From a virus, in the IMG/VR virus record IMGVR_UViG_3300020404_001578, positions 79,639 to 143,638 of that record: a stretch of DNA of 64,000 bases; one strand, 5' to 3'. Positions within the stretch are counted from its first letter, which is position 1; every line of letters starts with the position of its first letter. This document shows, piece after piece, positions 7,421 to 17,900 of this stretch. Below the pieces are notes generated by a model. That model was not told the DNA's origin. It searched no databases and was given only the letters and a program-made list of their open reading frames with translations. Made by a program: the position numbers and the translations under genes.

Positions 7421-10400
7421 TCACCTCAATTCTGGGCTACCGTATGGTATGAAGGTTGTTCCTATCCTCTTGAGTTCTTTGTATGTGTTTGGTACACGCT
7501 TTGATTTTAGTACAGGCATTGATGCTTCAATGATGTATTCCATTTCTGGTAGTCTTGGGTGTTGATGGAATCCGTTTGCCTTGATTTCATAGATGTAAGA
7601 TGGTTCCTTTAGTAATTCAAATGCGCCTTCGTATACTTCGGCTATCATAAACTGACCGTTGATATAACCAATTTCTAAGTCGTCATTAGTAGAATCAATT
7701 GCCATAGCAAGCGCATACTCATAGTTAGGTGTAGCAAATACTACTTCCCTGCCGACTAAATGGTTGTAGTTTTGTTGTAATCTGTTGATGTTGGGTACAG
7801 ATGAACCATGGTACATGACCTTCCTTCCTATTGGGTTTTGCTTTATGGTAAGAATCAATTCAATTCCAGAAGCATCCATCCACTCTCTGTACTCCTTAGT
7901 ATCAGTAATTTGTCCGGATTCAAAGTCAATGCTATCCCACCACTTTACTATGTTCTCAATCTGAGAAGGCTTCACACTTCCTTTGTGATAGTAAGCAATA
8001 TTACTGTCGGCTTTCATTCCTTGAGATAGTGGATGATTAATCTTTAACAATGCAATATCTTTCATTGGTGTTTCCTTTACCTTCTCGTACAAAGCAGGAA
8101 GAATCTTTCCTTTCCAATTAGGGAACGGATAAATCAACGGCACAACTCCATCTTGGGCTTTGATACCTTCTTTCAGTATACCCTTGACTTCTGTTTGAGG
8201 TACGAATGCTAGACCAAATGGTGGTATGGCTAACTCTGGATTTTTCTTTACTGTTGGGCTCATTAGTACAGGAACCTTACCGTACTTACGCTTCTCTGTC
8301 ATTCCTACCCATGGTACATCGGCACACTTAGGCATATTTGCAATGCCGTTCTTTCTTGCCCATCGCCAAGGGTCATGTCCCCATACCCATAGTGATAGTA
8401 GTTTACGGGATGGTTTATTCTGGGTCTTTTGTTTCTTGACTAGTGGGCCTCTTCTATACTCGGCGGCTTTATTGTACGGATATGCGGCTGCTCTACCATT
8501 GAATCTATTTTGTCGTAGCATCCAACCCCAGTCAGTAGTATCTTCCTTGATTGGTACTGAACTGTCAAGTCCTGTCCATTTTTCTAGTGCAAGTTCGTAG
8601 TATCTCTTTGTAGTCTGAGGTCCGGGTTTGATGTAGTCTTTTGGTCCAGTAAGTCCTAGTTTCTTACGCATACGAATAATCCTGCGCAAACTATCTTGTC
8701 CGCTAAAGATTCCCTGCTCTCCTGCTTCTTCTGGTGTTAATCCTGCTACGTCAAACCAGTCTGATTCCATGAAGGCTTTGATTTCTTTATTCTTCATGTT
8801 CACTTGGTCTACCCACTGTCTGAACTCTTCTAACGTAGGTTTGTTGCCCTTTCGTGGGTTTGCCTTGATTAACCCCGCATCAATTGCTAACTGATAGTCT
8901 GGCATTTTCTTGTTGCCTTTCTTGACTGTGTTTCCTAATGTGACGAATGAGTAAACTCTTCCTGCAGCCCATTGGTGTTGTTGAACGCCGGGTCGGTGTC
9001 CTCCTCTCCATGCTGCAAGACCTTTATTGTAGACCTTCTGTAAGATTGACTTCTTGATGCCTGTTGCCTTAGCAATCTTGGTTAAGAATTTGCCTCCTTT
9101 AGGAAGTGGCCCGTACATTTGGATGAACTTCCTCTTGTACTTACTAGGTACAGTCTTGTAGCCTCTTGCTGTTGCTTTAATGTCTGACTTCCAGTATTCG
9201 TATGCCTTAGGGTCGTTAATGTCGTACTTGTACCCCTTGTCAATTTCTTTTGCTGCAATAAGCATCTCTTCTTTGTTTAGACCTTTGAGATATCGCTTAG
9301 GTATCTTTCTACCTTCTGGGGTTTTACTTGGATTTCGTTTTAGTTTCAAGCCACCTTTGCTAATACTCTTGTATAGTAAGTCCTTGAGTTCATCTGGTGT
9401 ACCGCCGTTTCTTTCAAACGCCATCAGTAGTACGATTATTGCGTCAGTGATTTCTCCTTCCACTCCATCTTTACCGGGTTCTTTGTAAGGCTTGAATCCC
9501 TCTTTGATTAAGACTTCTTCAGCGATTTCACCAGACTCTTCCATCAGTTTGATTAATCGGTTAAACAAGGTGTACTGCCTATCTTCACTTATTTCAAAAA
9601 CAACCGGAATTAGTTCTTCAAAGGTTAGGGGTGGATTCTTTTTCTCAATTAACTCAGCAATGTGTTCATTACCTACTACTCTTACCTTACGACCTTTGTA
9701 TTGGAACTTAACTGAGTCTAGTGCATCTCTTTTTGGACCTGCTCGCAACTTGTTTTTATCTTTCTCAAGTTTAGCGGCGTTGCTTTTCTTAAGGAAGTCT
9801 AAGTCTTTGTCTTTGTTTTCATCCATGTAAATTTGCCAGAAAGGTCCGTAGTAGTGAGCCAGTGCATCAGCAGTAGACATTACTGCCCCATACATTGTGG
9901 TTTGTCCGTTCCAATCTGGGGACTTGATTCTTTCCATATCATCAATGTACTGTACTAACTCATCAGCGTAGGCTTTGCCTTTGTGTTTAGAAACTAGATT
10001 TCTGACGAGTTCAAAGTTATCCTTATCGCCTAGCATCTTTGGGTAGTCGTGCATCCAAACCATGTCATTGAATACTTCCATTTCATCGGTCCCGGCATTT
10101 GGTTTAAGCGAGTGAACAATGGCCTTGACATAATCAAGATGATGTTCAATATACCATTCATGGTGTTTGAATGATGGGTCAGTTGCTGCTCTACGTGCTT
10201 CTGTCTCAACAGGGCAATGGTGCGGGTTGTTTGCTGCCAAAAATTCATCAAATGAATATCTTCTTTCTACCGACCCACTTGCAAGTCCTTGTCCAATATT
10301 GAGAGCAATTTGCATAATACGTTCTGGTGTTGGTTGTTTAGTTAATGGTATACGCTTTAGTTGATTCAAGAAGTGTATTGGTAATACATCACCATTTTCG

Positions 10401-13400
10401 TCAAACTCTTTTGATTTATCGCTAGGGTCAAAGTCTGGGTCTTTGATTGGATGTAGCCATGTGTAGTTAAGTGGTTCAGTTCCATAGCGTTCTTCAATTT
10501 GAGGAATCTGTTCATTCCACCAAACCCTGCCATTGAATGTAGGGTCTTCGCCTGTAATTTCTTTCGTGCGTGCCAAGTATGCTCTATTAATCATGGCTTC
10601 AAAATCTGATTGAATGCTGTAAGATGCATTACGCTTTAGCCTAGGTTTGTTTAACATCTTGGATAACTTCTCAATCCATACTTGGTCTTTTTCTCTGTTG
10701 AGCATTTTGTAGAATGCTAATATTGCAGAAAGGGACTGATATCGTACTCCCTCTTTGACTTCATAATCTAACATCTCCGCAGTAAAGTCTGGTCCACCAC
10801 CTATATCTAATTCAAGTCCATTGACATATCCTTCTGAAATATCTGGCTTGCCGGGGATGATTGCATCTACATCATTCATTATCGGTTTGAGTCCGTGCAT
10901 ATACAATGCTGCGCCTGCAATCAACATCGCTTTGTTGGCGTCAAGGCCTTGTTGTTCTCCAAATATATCTAACGCTTCTCTTATTTCTGTAGCAGTTGGC
11001 GTTAGGTTTTCAGATGGATTCCTCTTTGCTTTCTTTAGTTTGATTGCATCGCCAGTAACAATAATTACCGCAGGAATTGTTTTGTTGAATTCTACAATAG
11101 GAAGACCTAGGCTTCCTCCGGTTTCCACTGTAAAGTTCATTACACCATTACCGCCTCTTCGCTTTGTTTCTTCTGTTAGTTCATCAATAGCAAATGCAAT
11201 AGCAAGTGCTGTACGCTTATCTGTTTTCTTTTCGTAGTCTTCTACTAGTCCTAGGAAAATGTCCTTTACGTTTCCTACTAGTTCTTTTGGAATGTTTCTG
11301 TCTACTTCAATCTCAGCCGATACTGCGCCTAAGTTAGTATGCTTCATCGTAGGTACAGTGGTAAAGAATTGCATACCTTCAATGTTAAATTGGGGATTAC
11401 GCCTTGCTTTTGTTTTCTTCTTCATTTCTTCAATGAAGTTGGCGTACACTTTCTGGGCGGCCTTGATTCCCGATGTTGCATTAGGATGGAACCTAGCACG
11501 TTGCTCCATTGCCATGGCTGCTTGAATCTTATGTGCATGAGTCTTACCAGAACGCTTGATGATGTTTACTGAGCGTTCAGCAGTTTCTTTGTCTTTGAAT
11601 CCTAACCCTTGAATGGTTCCTCTTGGGTCTTCATCGGTGTATAGGTCTGAATGTTCGCTTGGGTCTTGCCCCTCATATTTCTTTGGAATACGTGGATTTA
11701 CTCTGTACCTCGGACCTCTTTCTCTAGGTTTGATTTTTACTGATTTGACTACGGTATCGGGTTCTCCGTGGCTCTTTGAATTATTATCAAAGTCAGTGAT
11801 TTCTCCACCTGTTACTAGTTTGGCACTCTCCCAATCTACTTCTGCTCTACCTCTTACCATGACGTGTGCCGATGGTTCACGAAAGTTAAATGGCGCACTG
11901 TTAAGGTATACTACCCCGTCAATCTCTACCCTTTCAACATATATTGAATCAAACCCTTGTGAATCTCTAGAATATTGTATAATCTTTCTGTCGCCCCACT
12001 TTGCAATGTTAAAGTAGTGAAGTCCTCCTGCAAAGCGTTCACGTCCTTTTGGTATAGGTGTTGGGTCCCCAACCACGTAAACATCTTTGTTGGTATCTAG
12101 TGTTGCCCCATCAAACGATTTGCCTGTGATATCCTCGTCCGTATCAGCATTGTAGAAATGGCTTGTACCATCTTCGGTCTTATCCCTGCGGACTACTTTG
12201 ATTGGAGGGTTCAATTTGGATATGGGAACTGTTTGAGAAATCAAGTCCGCCGACTTTAGCCAAGGGTATTTGTTCACTGCTTCACCGGGAAAGAAGTTGG
12301 AGTTGTTTAGAACCATGGCGGCATTCATATAATCGTCGTCATCAACAGGAATCACAGTATCAAACTGCGAAGCCTTGCGCTTTTGATGGTATGCAAACTT
12401 AGATGCAGCCTTTGCTTGGCGTGGAGTAATACCACTTCTTGATGATAGTTTCATTTCGTGTTGTTGTGGTGATTGGTTGTTTTGTAGGTAAACAATGTGT
12501 AGGTGTGGAAGACTGTCTTTCATTCGTAGTGCCATCGTAGGTGAAGTGTACATTACTGTCTTTGGTGCCTGTAGTTGTTCCTTAGTATATCCATAACAAT
12601 GTCCTTTCTCGTCCATAGTCCAATAGGGCATTTGGTCGGCTTTGACTAATTGCATGAATGATTCTTTATCGTGGTCTACAGAATCTCGGTTAGGTACACG
12701 CCCTACGGGTGAAGGTTGCGTGGTGTGCATCGGACATATCTGGTATCCGTGTCGTCCTAATTCTTTGGCGACTTCACGGCGACCGCTTCCCATTGGGCCT
12801 GCAATTACTATCGTGGATTGGCTCGGTTGTTGGACAACACCACGAACGTCCTTTTTGCAGTGTTTTGGATTAATCATCGGTTGCACAGGGAAACTTACGT
12901 TTGCTGCAGGTAAAACATCTGCTTCGGGTGATTCTGTTGTTTCGTTATCCGACGTCGTGTCCGACGACGGTTCCAATAACTCGTCACTTTTCACATCGTA
13001 AACTTGAGCGAGAACTTGACCCACACGGCTGTAAACTTCTGATGCTGCGCTGACTCCGTAATCTTCTCTTGAAGGAATACCTAGAATGTTTAATTTTGCA
13101 GGGTATGCAAAACCAAGTGTGGCTGTGGCAATATACCCGTCCTTTAACGGCATTCGTATGTATATTCCTTGTCCATATGACATACGGAAATTGCTACCAA
13201 ACTTACCATCATTCCCGACTATTTTACGTGGGTCGTAATCTTCAAACAACATTTCAGCCGTGTCTGGGTCAATGGCAATCTCATATGATGCGCCATATTG
13301 AACATTGTAGGGCATTTTGGGTGGAGGGTTAGGAATTACATTATGTTGTAAAATATGCTCAATGGTTTCAATGTCCTGCTTGTTTCGTACTGCAATGTAG

Positions 13401-14989
13401 GCATCGCCATATTGCCCTGCTTGAAGTAGTCCTTCTTGTCTTGCTGTGGCTGCTGCGCTAGTGAACATATACGGGTGGTGGGCGGTTCTGTCAGCCATGT
13501 GAAATATCTTACACAGTAAGTACAGGTCGCCTGCAATTGTTTGGAATTCTTCTTCTGTAATACCTCTTCGTCCTACATCTGATTGTAATAGAAGTGAGAT
13601 GTGGTCTGTCAAATTTTGAGATAGTCCAATTTCTGGTGCTATCTCTTCTCTAAACATCTCAGCACCGATTACTGAATGGTGTCTGTTATCTTCCTTTTCT
13701 CTACGCTTTGCAATGTCATGGTATAGCCCAAGCATCAATAGAACATCTGACCTAGTCCAACCTGCTTCTATTTCAGTGTCTAAGTATTCTCGTAGTTTAG
13801 CCCTGCTTTCCTTGCTTAATCCTTCCCAAGTGTAAAGTCGGTCTTTACCGTCGGCCTTTGGCAAGAAGTGATACTTGGTCCACCAATAGACGTACATAGT
13901 GTGAGCAAACTCATCTCCGCCGTAATGAATCCAATCATAGTCTAAGCCTTTCAACTCACCAAGGGCGGTTGAGATGTGACGGTCGTCCAACCCTATTCGC
14001 TTCGCTACTCCTAAAGGGGTACCACTCCCCGGATTTTTTAATGGGGTTTCTTTCTTGATATGTGAATGATACTTGATGTTCATAATATGCCCAAAGCGTT
14101 CATTCATTTCTGCGACCCATTTTCTAGTAACCTTCTCGCAGAACTTCTCGTCTGATATTGCATCGCCCTTGTATTGTTCTTCAAGTTTTGATAGCATCGT
14201 ATCTAAATCATCAATGAACTTACCTTCGTCCATTCGTAAGTAACTATTTCTTCCTTTATCTCCTTTGGTAGTTATCTCAAAGTGGTCTAAGCGATTAGCC
14301 ATAATGGTGTAGTAATGTCTAATTCCCCACTTGTATGCAGCGTCAAGATACCATTGGATATCATCGGCACTACTGAAAGATGGTTCATCCTTTGATGGGT
14401 GAGTGTGATACATTACCTTTGCATTCTCAACGTGTTTGTTGATTTTAACATAAGGCATGATTAAGGAACCTTTTCTATGGTAGATTTGTTTTCCCACTAC
14501 CCATCCATAGGACTCTCCTCTTCTTGTGACAAACGACCATAGTTTGTTGCGGAATGAAGGCGAATGTAATTCTGTTATTGGATGTATACGGAACCATTTA
14601 GTTGGTTTCTTTACTGTCATTTTTCCTAATTCTTCTTCAAATGCTTCCACTGTTGTTGGGTTCTGGAAAGCAGTATCTCCAAAGAATCTACCATGTACTA
14701 GTGTTTGTACTGATGTTGGTGGATTGTTGCGCACATACTCTATCTTGGTTTCCTTTGTTGGAAACTCTACACTATGCTCTATACCGTCTACTTCAAACAC
14801 TGCAACCTTTCCTAAGAACGGTTTTAGTGCCTGTAGTGCATATTGTTTCTGGATTTCATCAGAAAATAATACCGACCATGTCCCTTTGTTAGCATCAAAG
14901 TTAGATGATACTACATCAAACGACCCGTATACCTCTCCCGCCTTAGGAAAGCCAAAGACCATTTCAATCGTCTTCTGACTCGGTTCCAT
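7421..14989 (-). CDS. Giant NP-delimited polyvalent polyprotein (JAB, HD, guanylate kinase-like, YbjQ, NTase, HD, MazG, DUF3140-like, ART-like domains)
   Basis: Likely start MEPSQ (14989). Motifs: YHTHP..SSADD; YHDIAK..HS..HMAD; IAGPMGSGR; IAGAALYMHG..DVD; MHDYPK..AD; EESGEIAEE..GEITD; VNM..WGHDP; YHGSS..VFAT..YIYEI. Confidence 0.8.
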   Translation of the reverse strand: MEPSQKTIEMVFGFPKAGEVYGSFDVVSSNFDANKGTWSVLFSDEIQKQYALQALKPFLGKVAVFEVDGIEHSVEFPTKETKIEYVRNNPPTSVQTLVHGRFFGDTAFQNPTTVEAFEEELGKMTVKKPTKWFRIHPITELHSPSFRNKLWSFVTRRGESYGWVVGKQIYHRKGSLIMPYVKINKHVENAKVMYHTHPSKDEPSFSSADDIQWYLDAAYKWGIRHYYTIMANRLDHFEITTKGDKGRNSYLRMDEGKFIDDLDTMLSKLEEQYKGDAISDEKFCEKVTRKWVAEMNERFGHIMNIKYHSHIKKETPLKNPGSGTPLGVAKRIGLDDRHISTALGELKGLDYDWIHYGGDEFAHTMYVYWWTKYHFLPKADGKDRLYTWEGLSKESRAKLREYLDTEIEAGWTRSDVLLMLGLYHDIAKRREKEDNRHHSVIGAEMFREEIAPEIGLSQNLTDHISLLLQSDVGRRGITEEEFQTIAGDLYLLCKIFHMADRTAHHPYMFTSAAATARQEGLLQAGQYGDAYIAVRNKQDIETIEHILQHNVIPNPPPKMPYNVQYGASYEIAIDPDTAEMLFEDYDPRKIVGNDGKFGSNFRMSYGQGIYIRMPLKDGYIATATLGFAYPAKLNILGIPSREDYGVSAASEVYSRVGQVLAQVYDVKSDELLEPSSDTTSDNETTESPEADVLPAANVSFPVQPMINPKHCKKDVRGVVQQPSQSTIVIAGPMGSGRREVAKELGRHGYQICPMHTTQPSPVGRVPNRDSVDHDKESFMQLVKADQMPYWTMDEKGHCYGYTKEQLQAPKTVMYTSPTMALRMKDSLPHLHIVYLQNNQSPQQHEMKLSSRSGITPRQAKAASKFAYHQKRKASQFDTVIPVDDDDYMNAAMVLNNSNFFPGEAVNKYPWLKSADLISQTVPISKLNPPIKVVRRDKTEDGTSHFYNADTDEDITGKSFDGATLDTNKDVYVVGDPTPIPKGRERFAGGLHYFNIAKWGDRKIIQYSRDSQGFDSIYVERVEIDGVVYLNSAPFNFREPSAHVMVRGRAEVDWESAKLVTGGEITDFDNNSKSHGEPDTVVKSVKIKPRERGPRYRVNPRIPKKYEGQDPSEHSDLYTDEDPRGTIQGLGFKDKETAERSVNIIKRSGKTHAHKIQAAMAMEQRARFHPNATSGIKAAQKVYANFIEEMKKKTKARRNPQFNIEGMQFFTTVPTMKHTNLGAVSAEIEVDRNIPKELVGNVKDIFLGLVEDYEKKTDKRTALAIAFAIDELTEETKRRGGNGVMNFTVETGGSLGLPIVEFNKTIPAVIIVTGDAIKLKKAKRNPSENLTPTATEIREALDIFGEQQGLDANKAMLIAGAALYMHGLKPIMNDVDAIIPGKPDISEGYVNGLELDIGGGPDFTAEMLDYEVKEGVRYQSLSAILAFYKMLNREKDQVWIEKLSKMLNKPRLKRNASYSIQSDFEAMINRAYLARTKEITGEDPTFNGRVWWNEQIPQIEERYGTEPLNYTWLHPIKDPDFDPSDKSKEFDENGDVLPIHFLNQLKRIPLTKQPTPERIMQIALNIGQGLASGSVERRYSFDEFLAANNPHHCPVETEARRAATDPSFKHHEWYIEHHLDYVKAIVHSLKPNAGTDEMEVFNDMVWMHDYPKMLGDKDNFELVRNLVSKHKGKAYADELVQYIDDMERIKSPDWNGQTTMYGAVMSTADALAHYYGPFWQIYMDENKDKDLDFLKKSNAAKLEKDKNKLRAGPKRDALDSVKFQYKGRKVRVVGNEHIAELIEKKNPPLTFEELIPVVFEISEDRQYTLFNRLIKLMEESGEIAEEVLIKEGFKPYKEPGKDGVEGEITDAIIVLLMAFERNGGTPDELKDLLYKSISKGGLKLKRNPSKTPEGRKIPKRYLKGLNKEEMLIAAKEIDKGYKYDINDPKAYEYWKSDIKATARGYKTVPSKYKRKFIQMYGPLPKGGKFLTKIAKATGIKKSILQKVYNKGLAAWRGGHRPGVQQHQWAAGRVYSFVTLGNTVKKGNKKMPDYQLAIDAGLIKANPRKGNKPTLEEFRQWVDQVNMKNKEIKAFMESDWFDVAGLTPEEAGEQGIFSGQDSLRRIIRMRKKLGLTGPKDYIKPGPQTTKRYYELALEKWTGLDSSVPIKEDTTDWGWMLRQNRFNGRAAAYPYNKAAEYRRGPLVKKQKTQNKPSRKLLSLWVWGHDPWRWARKNGIANMPKCADVPWVGMTEKRKYGKVPVLMSPTVKKNPELAIPPFGLAFVPQTEVKGILKEGIKAQDGVVPLIYPFPNWKGKILPALYEKVKETPMKDIALLKINHPLSQGMKADSNIAYYHKGSVKPSQIENIVKWWDSIDFESGQITDTKEYREWMDASGIELILTIKQNPIGRKVMYHGSSVPNINRLQQNYNHLVGREVVFATPNYEYALAMAIDSTNDDLEIGYINGQFMIAEVYEGAFELLKEPSYIYEIKANGFHQHPRLPEMEYIIEASMPVLKSKRVPNTYKELKRIGTTFIPYGSPELR

Positions 14990-17900
14990 CGTCGTCGTCC
15001 TCCTCTTCAAGGTCCCCAAACAGCGAAGGACCATACAGGCTTGAGAAAGCCGAGGTCAATGTAACACTTGAGGTCTGCGGTGAAAATGACTGTTTAATCA
15101 TATTGATTTCGTCGTCAGTATAACCTAGTTCTCTTTCCATTTGCCTTAGTTTTCTTGCTTTCTCTAATGCTTCATATTCCCATGTAGGATACTTTGATTG
15201 AATAATGGCATCAACATTTGCCGGCCCTTCTTTCTGTTGAGTTTCATTGTAAAACATTTCATACGCATCAATACGTTGTTCCCAATCAGGTGTTACGAAT
15301 GCGGGGTTGATTGCAATATTGCCGTCAAGTACTTCTAGTAACTTACGTTTCTCGGCTTTAGTTAGTGGTGATTCTTTGCTTGCATCTTTTACATCAATAT
15401 CCATTTGGTCAATGTTTTCATACCATTTATTAAAAAATTCTTCAGGCTCTAATTGTTCAGTTGGCTTGCCTGCATCAAACGCCACTCTTACACCTAAGGC
15501 ATAATCTCTGGCTGCTTGTTCTTTATCTTCGTGGTATAGCCCCTTTTCAATATCATACCAAGACTTAGGTACAGTGTAGTCTTTGTCATATTGCGGTAAT
15601 AACTTCGCTGCATCTTGACCTTCGCCAAAGTCGTCATAAATTGCAGTGGCAAATACACCTTGCGGTAATAGTGATGCATCTAAGTAGACCTTTTTGCCCC
15701 TAATTTGCACTGGACTTGGTGTTTGGTATCCTCCGCTTTGGCCTCTTGCTTGTGTACCGAATAAGTACAACTTTTGGTCGCCCGGTGGTTTGTCAAAGCC
15801 GTATGCACGTTTGTAAGCCAAATCAAACTCCTGTTCAATTTTCAAGAACTTGTCATCAGCAGGTGTTCCTCCTCTCACCATACGCTTTGGTTCATATCCA
15901 TAGAATGCAGGGTTCTTTATGGCTTCAATTTGTGGGTAATCACCTTTCCATTGTACGCTATACAATGGTAGTGGTAGCGTCCTGTATTCATACTGGAAGT
16001 ACTTTGATTTTTGATTAACCTCTTTAATTACCATCGCTGATAAATCAAATGGAGTAAAAGCATAATTATGATGGACTAAGTAATTGTAGGCTCTACGTCG
16101 CATACTTGTTTTCTCACTATAAGCATCCCTGCAAATTTGTGCGTGTTCTTTGAATGCTTTACGTATCTGTTTATCAATTTTCGTTAATGCTTTTTTGTCT
16201 TCCTTTTTGAATGCCTTAACCCAAGCCTTGAGGAGTTTTATCATAGGCTTTTGTGGTACTGTTCTAATGCATTCAAAGCCGTATTGTTCTACGATAACGT
16301 GCCAATCAATATTATATGAAAACGAAACCATAGACATTGCTATCATATCAGCCGAACTCATAAACCCTAACTCTGTACGGAATAGCCTGCTATATGGGTG
16401 AGTGTGAAACATGAAGTCGCAATCCAACATATCTGGGTGGAATTCGTAGTTTACTGCGCCTCTAACGTGAGAACTACCGTAGTGTATTTCATTGTCTTTG
16501 ACAAACCCAACAAACTCTCTTCTTCGGTCCATTAAGTTGTACAATTTTCTCCACATATCAATAGGGGCTTGGAATTTACGTTTTTTGTGTACATCTCCTA
16601 CAAATGACCTAGTAACTAATTCTTCAATGGACATTTTCACCGCTATCATCTTTTTGTCAGCACTTCTTGGTGACAATACCAATTCTTGTTCAAGGTTAGC
16701 CAAGTAATCAAGTGGTAGTTGAATGTGGTCTGGTTCTGGTGCAGGGTTTGGTCTTGCACCTATCTTGAAGCCTCCTGCTGCTTCTCCTTGTTCATGGTTA
16801 GCATCTAAGTAATTCAATGCATTCTTATCATCACGAACACCGACTATTCTTGCACTACGCATTCTTCGGGAAAATACTGGTTTATCTATGAGGATAACTT
16901 GTGTTTTTGCTGCTTTACCTTTGCCTTTCTGTTGCCTTCTATAGACTGAGAATGTTCCTTTTCTTTCTGGTAAAAGAGTTTCATATTGGACTTCTACAAC
17001 AGTTGTAGGCTCAACAAAAATCACATCTTCTAATCCCGTTGTGGTTTCTTTCTCTTCAGTTGCCTTTTCTATAGATTGTTGGATAGGAATAATGTTTGCA
17101 TTATCTTCTCCTAAGACTTGCTCAGTTAAGCGCATACGTTCTTCATCAGTGATGCCTGTAGTTCCTACACGTCCTAGACTTACGTAAGTAGTTCCATAGT
17201 TAGGTCGTTTCTTCATTACTGCGACATAAGCGGAGCCTATTCCTTTACCGTCAATCCATCGCTTACTTGTTTTGTCAATACCTATGATTACTGCATCAAC
17301 GGTAAACTTTCTTTTCACCTTAATGCGACTGTCTTTGGTGTAAACAACCATACCCTCATGTCCGTCGGCTACTGTTATCTGTTCCCATAGAGAATCAAAG
17401 CGTTGATTGAAAGGAGTTACCAAGTGATAGTACTCAACTGGGAATATCCGGAATGTTCCAAATTCTTTCAGGATATCGTGCTTTTCTCGGAAGTCCATTT
17501 CCGGTGCAAACTCTTTTCCATCCAATTTTATCAAATCATGTGTAGCAAACCTAAGTTTGCTGAACATTTTGACGTTTTGTGTGGCCTGACCTTTACCGTA
17601 CTCACCCTTAGCAGACTCCACGGTTTCTTCTCCCCCAGTAAGGGTAGTTTCTTTTCTGTTGATTACAGCAGTGACTCCTGCGGGTCCTGCGACTTTACCA
17701 AAGTCGTCGTATGCAATCATTTCACCAGTTATGATTGCTTCACGTAGTTTCATGCGTTTGCACAGTGTTTCAAACTCACGTGTAATGTGGTTATCCCACA
17801 TTACAATGCCTCCGCTAGTGACAAGCACTGTTGTTACTTCTTCTGTTGTTGATGTTTTTCTTCCTCTTCGGTCAAGTCTAGTAACCTTGCTTGCTATGCG

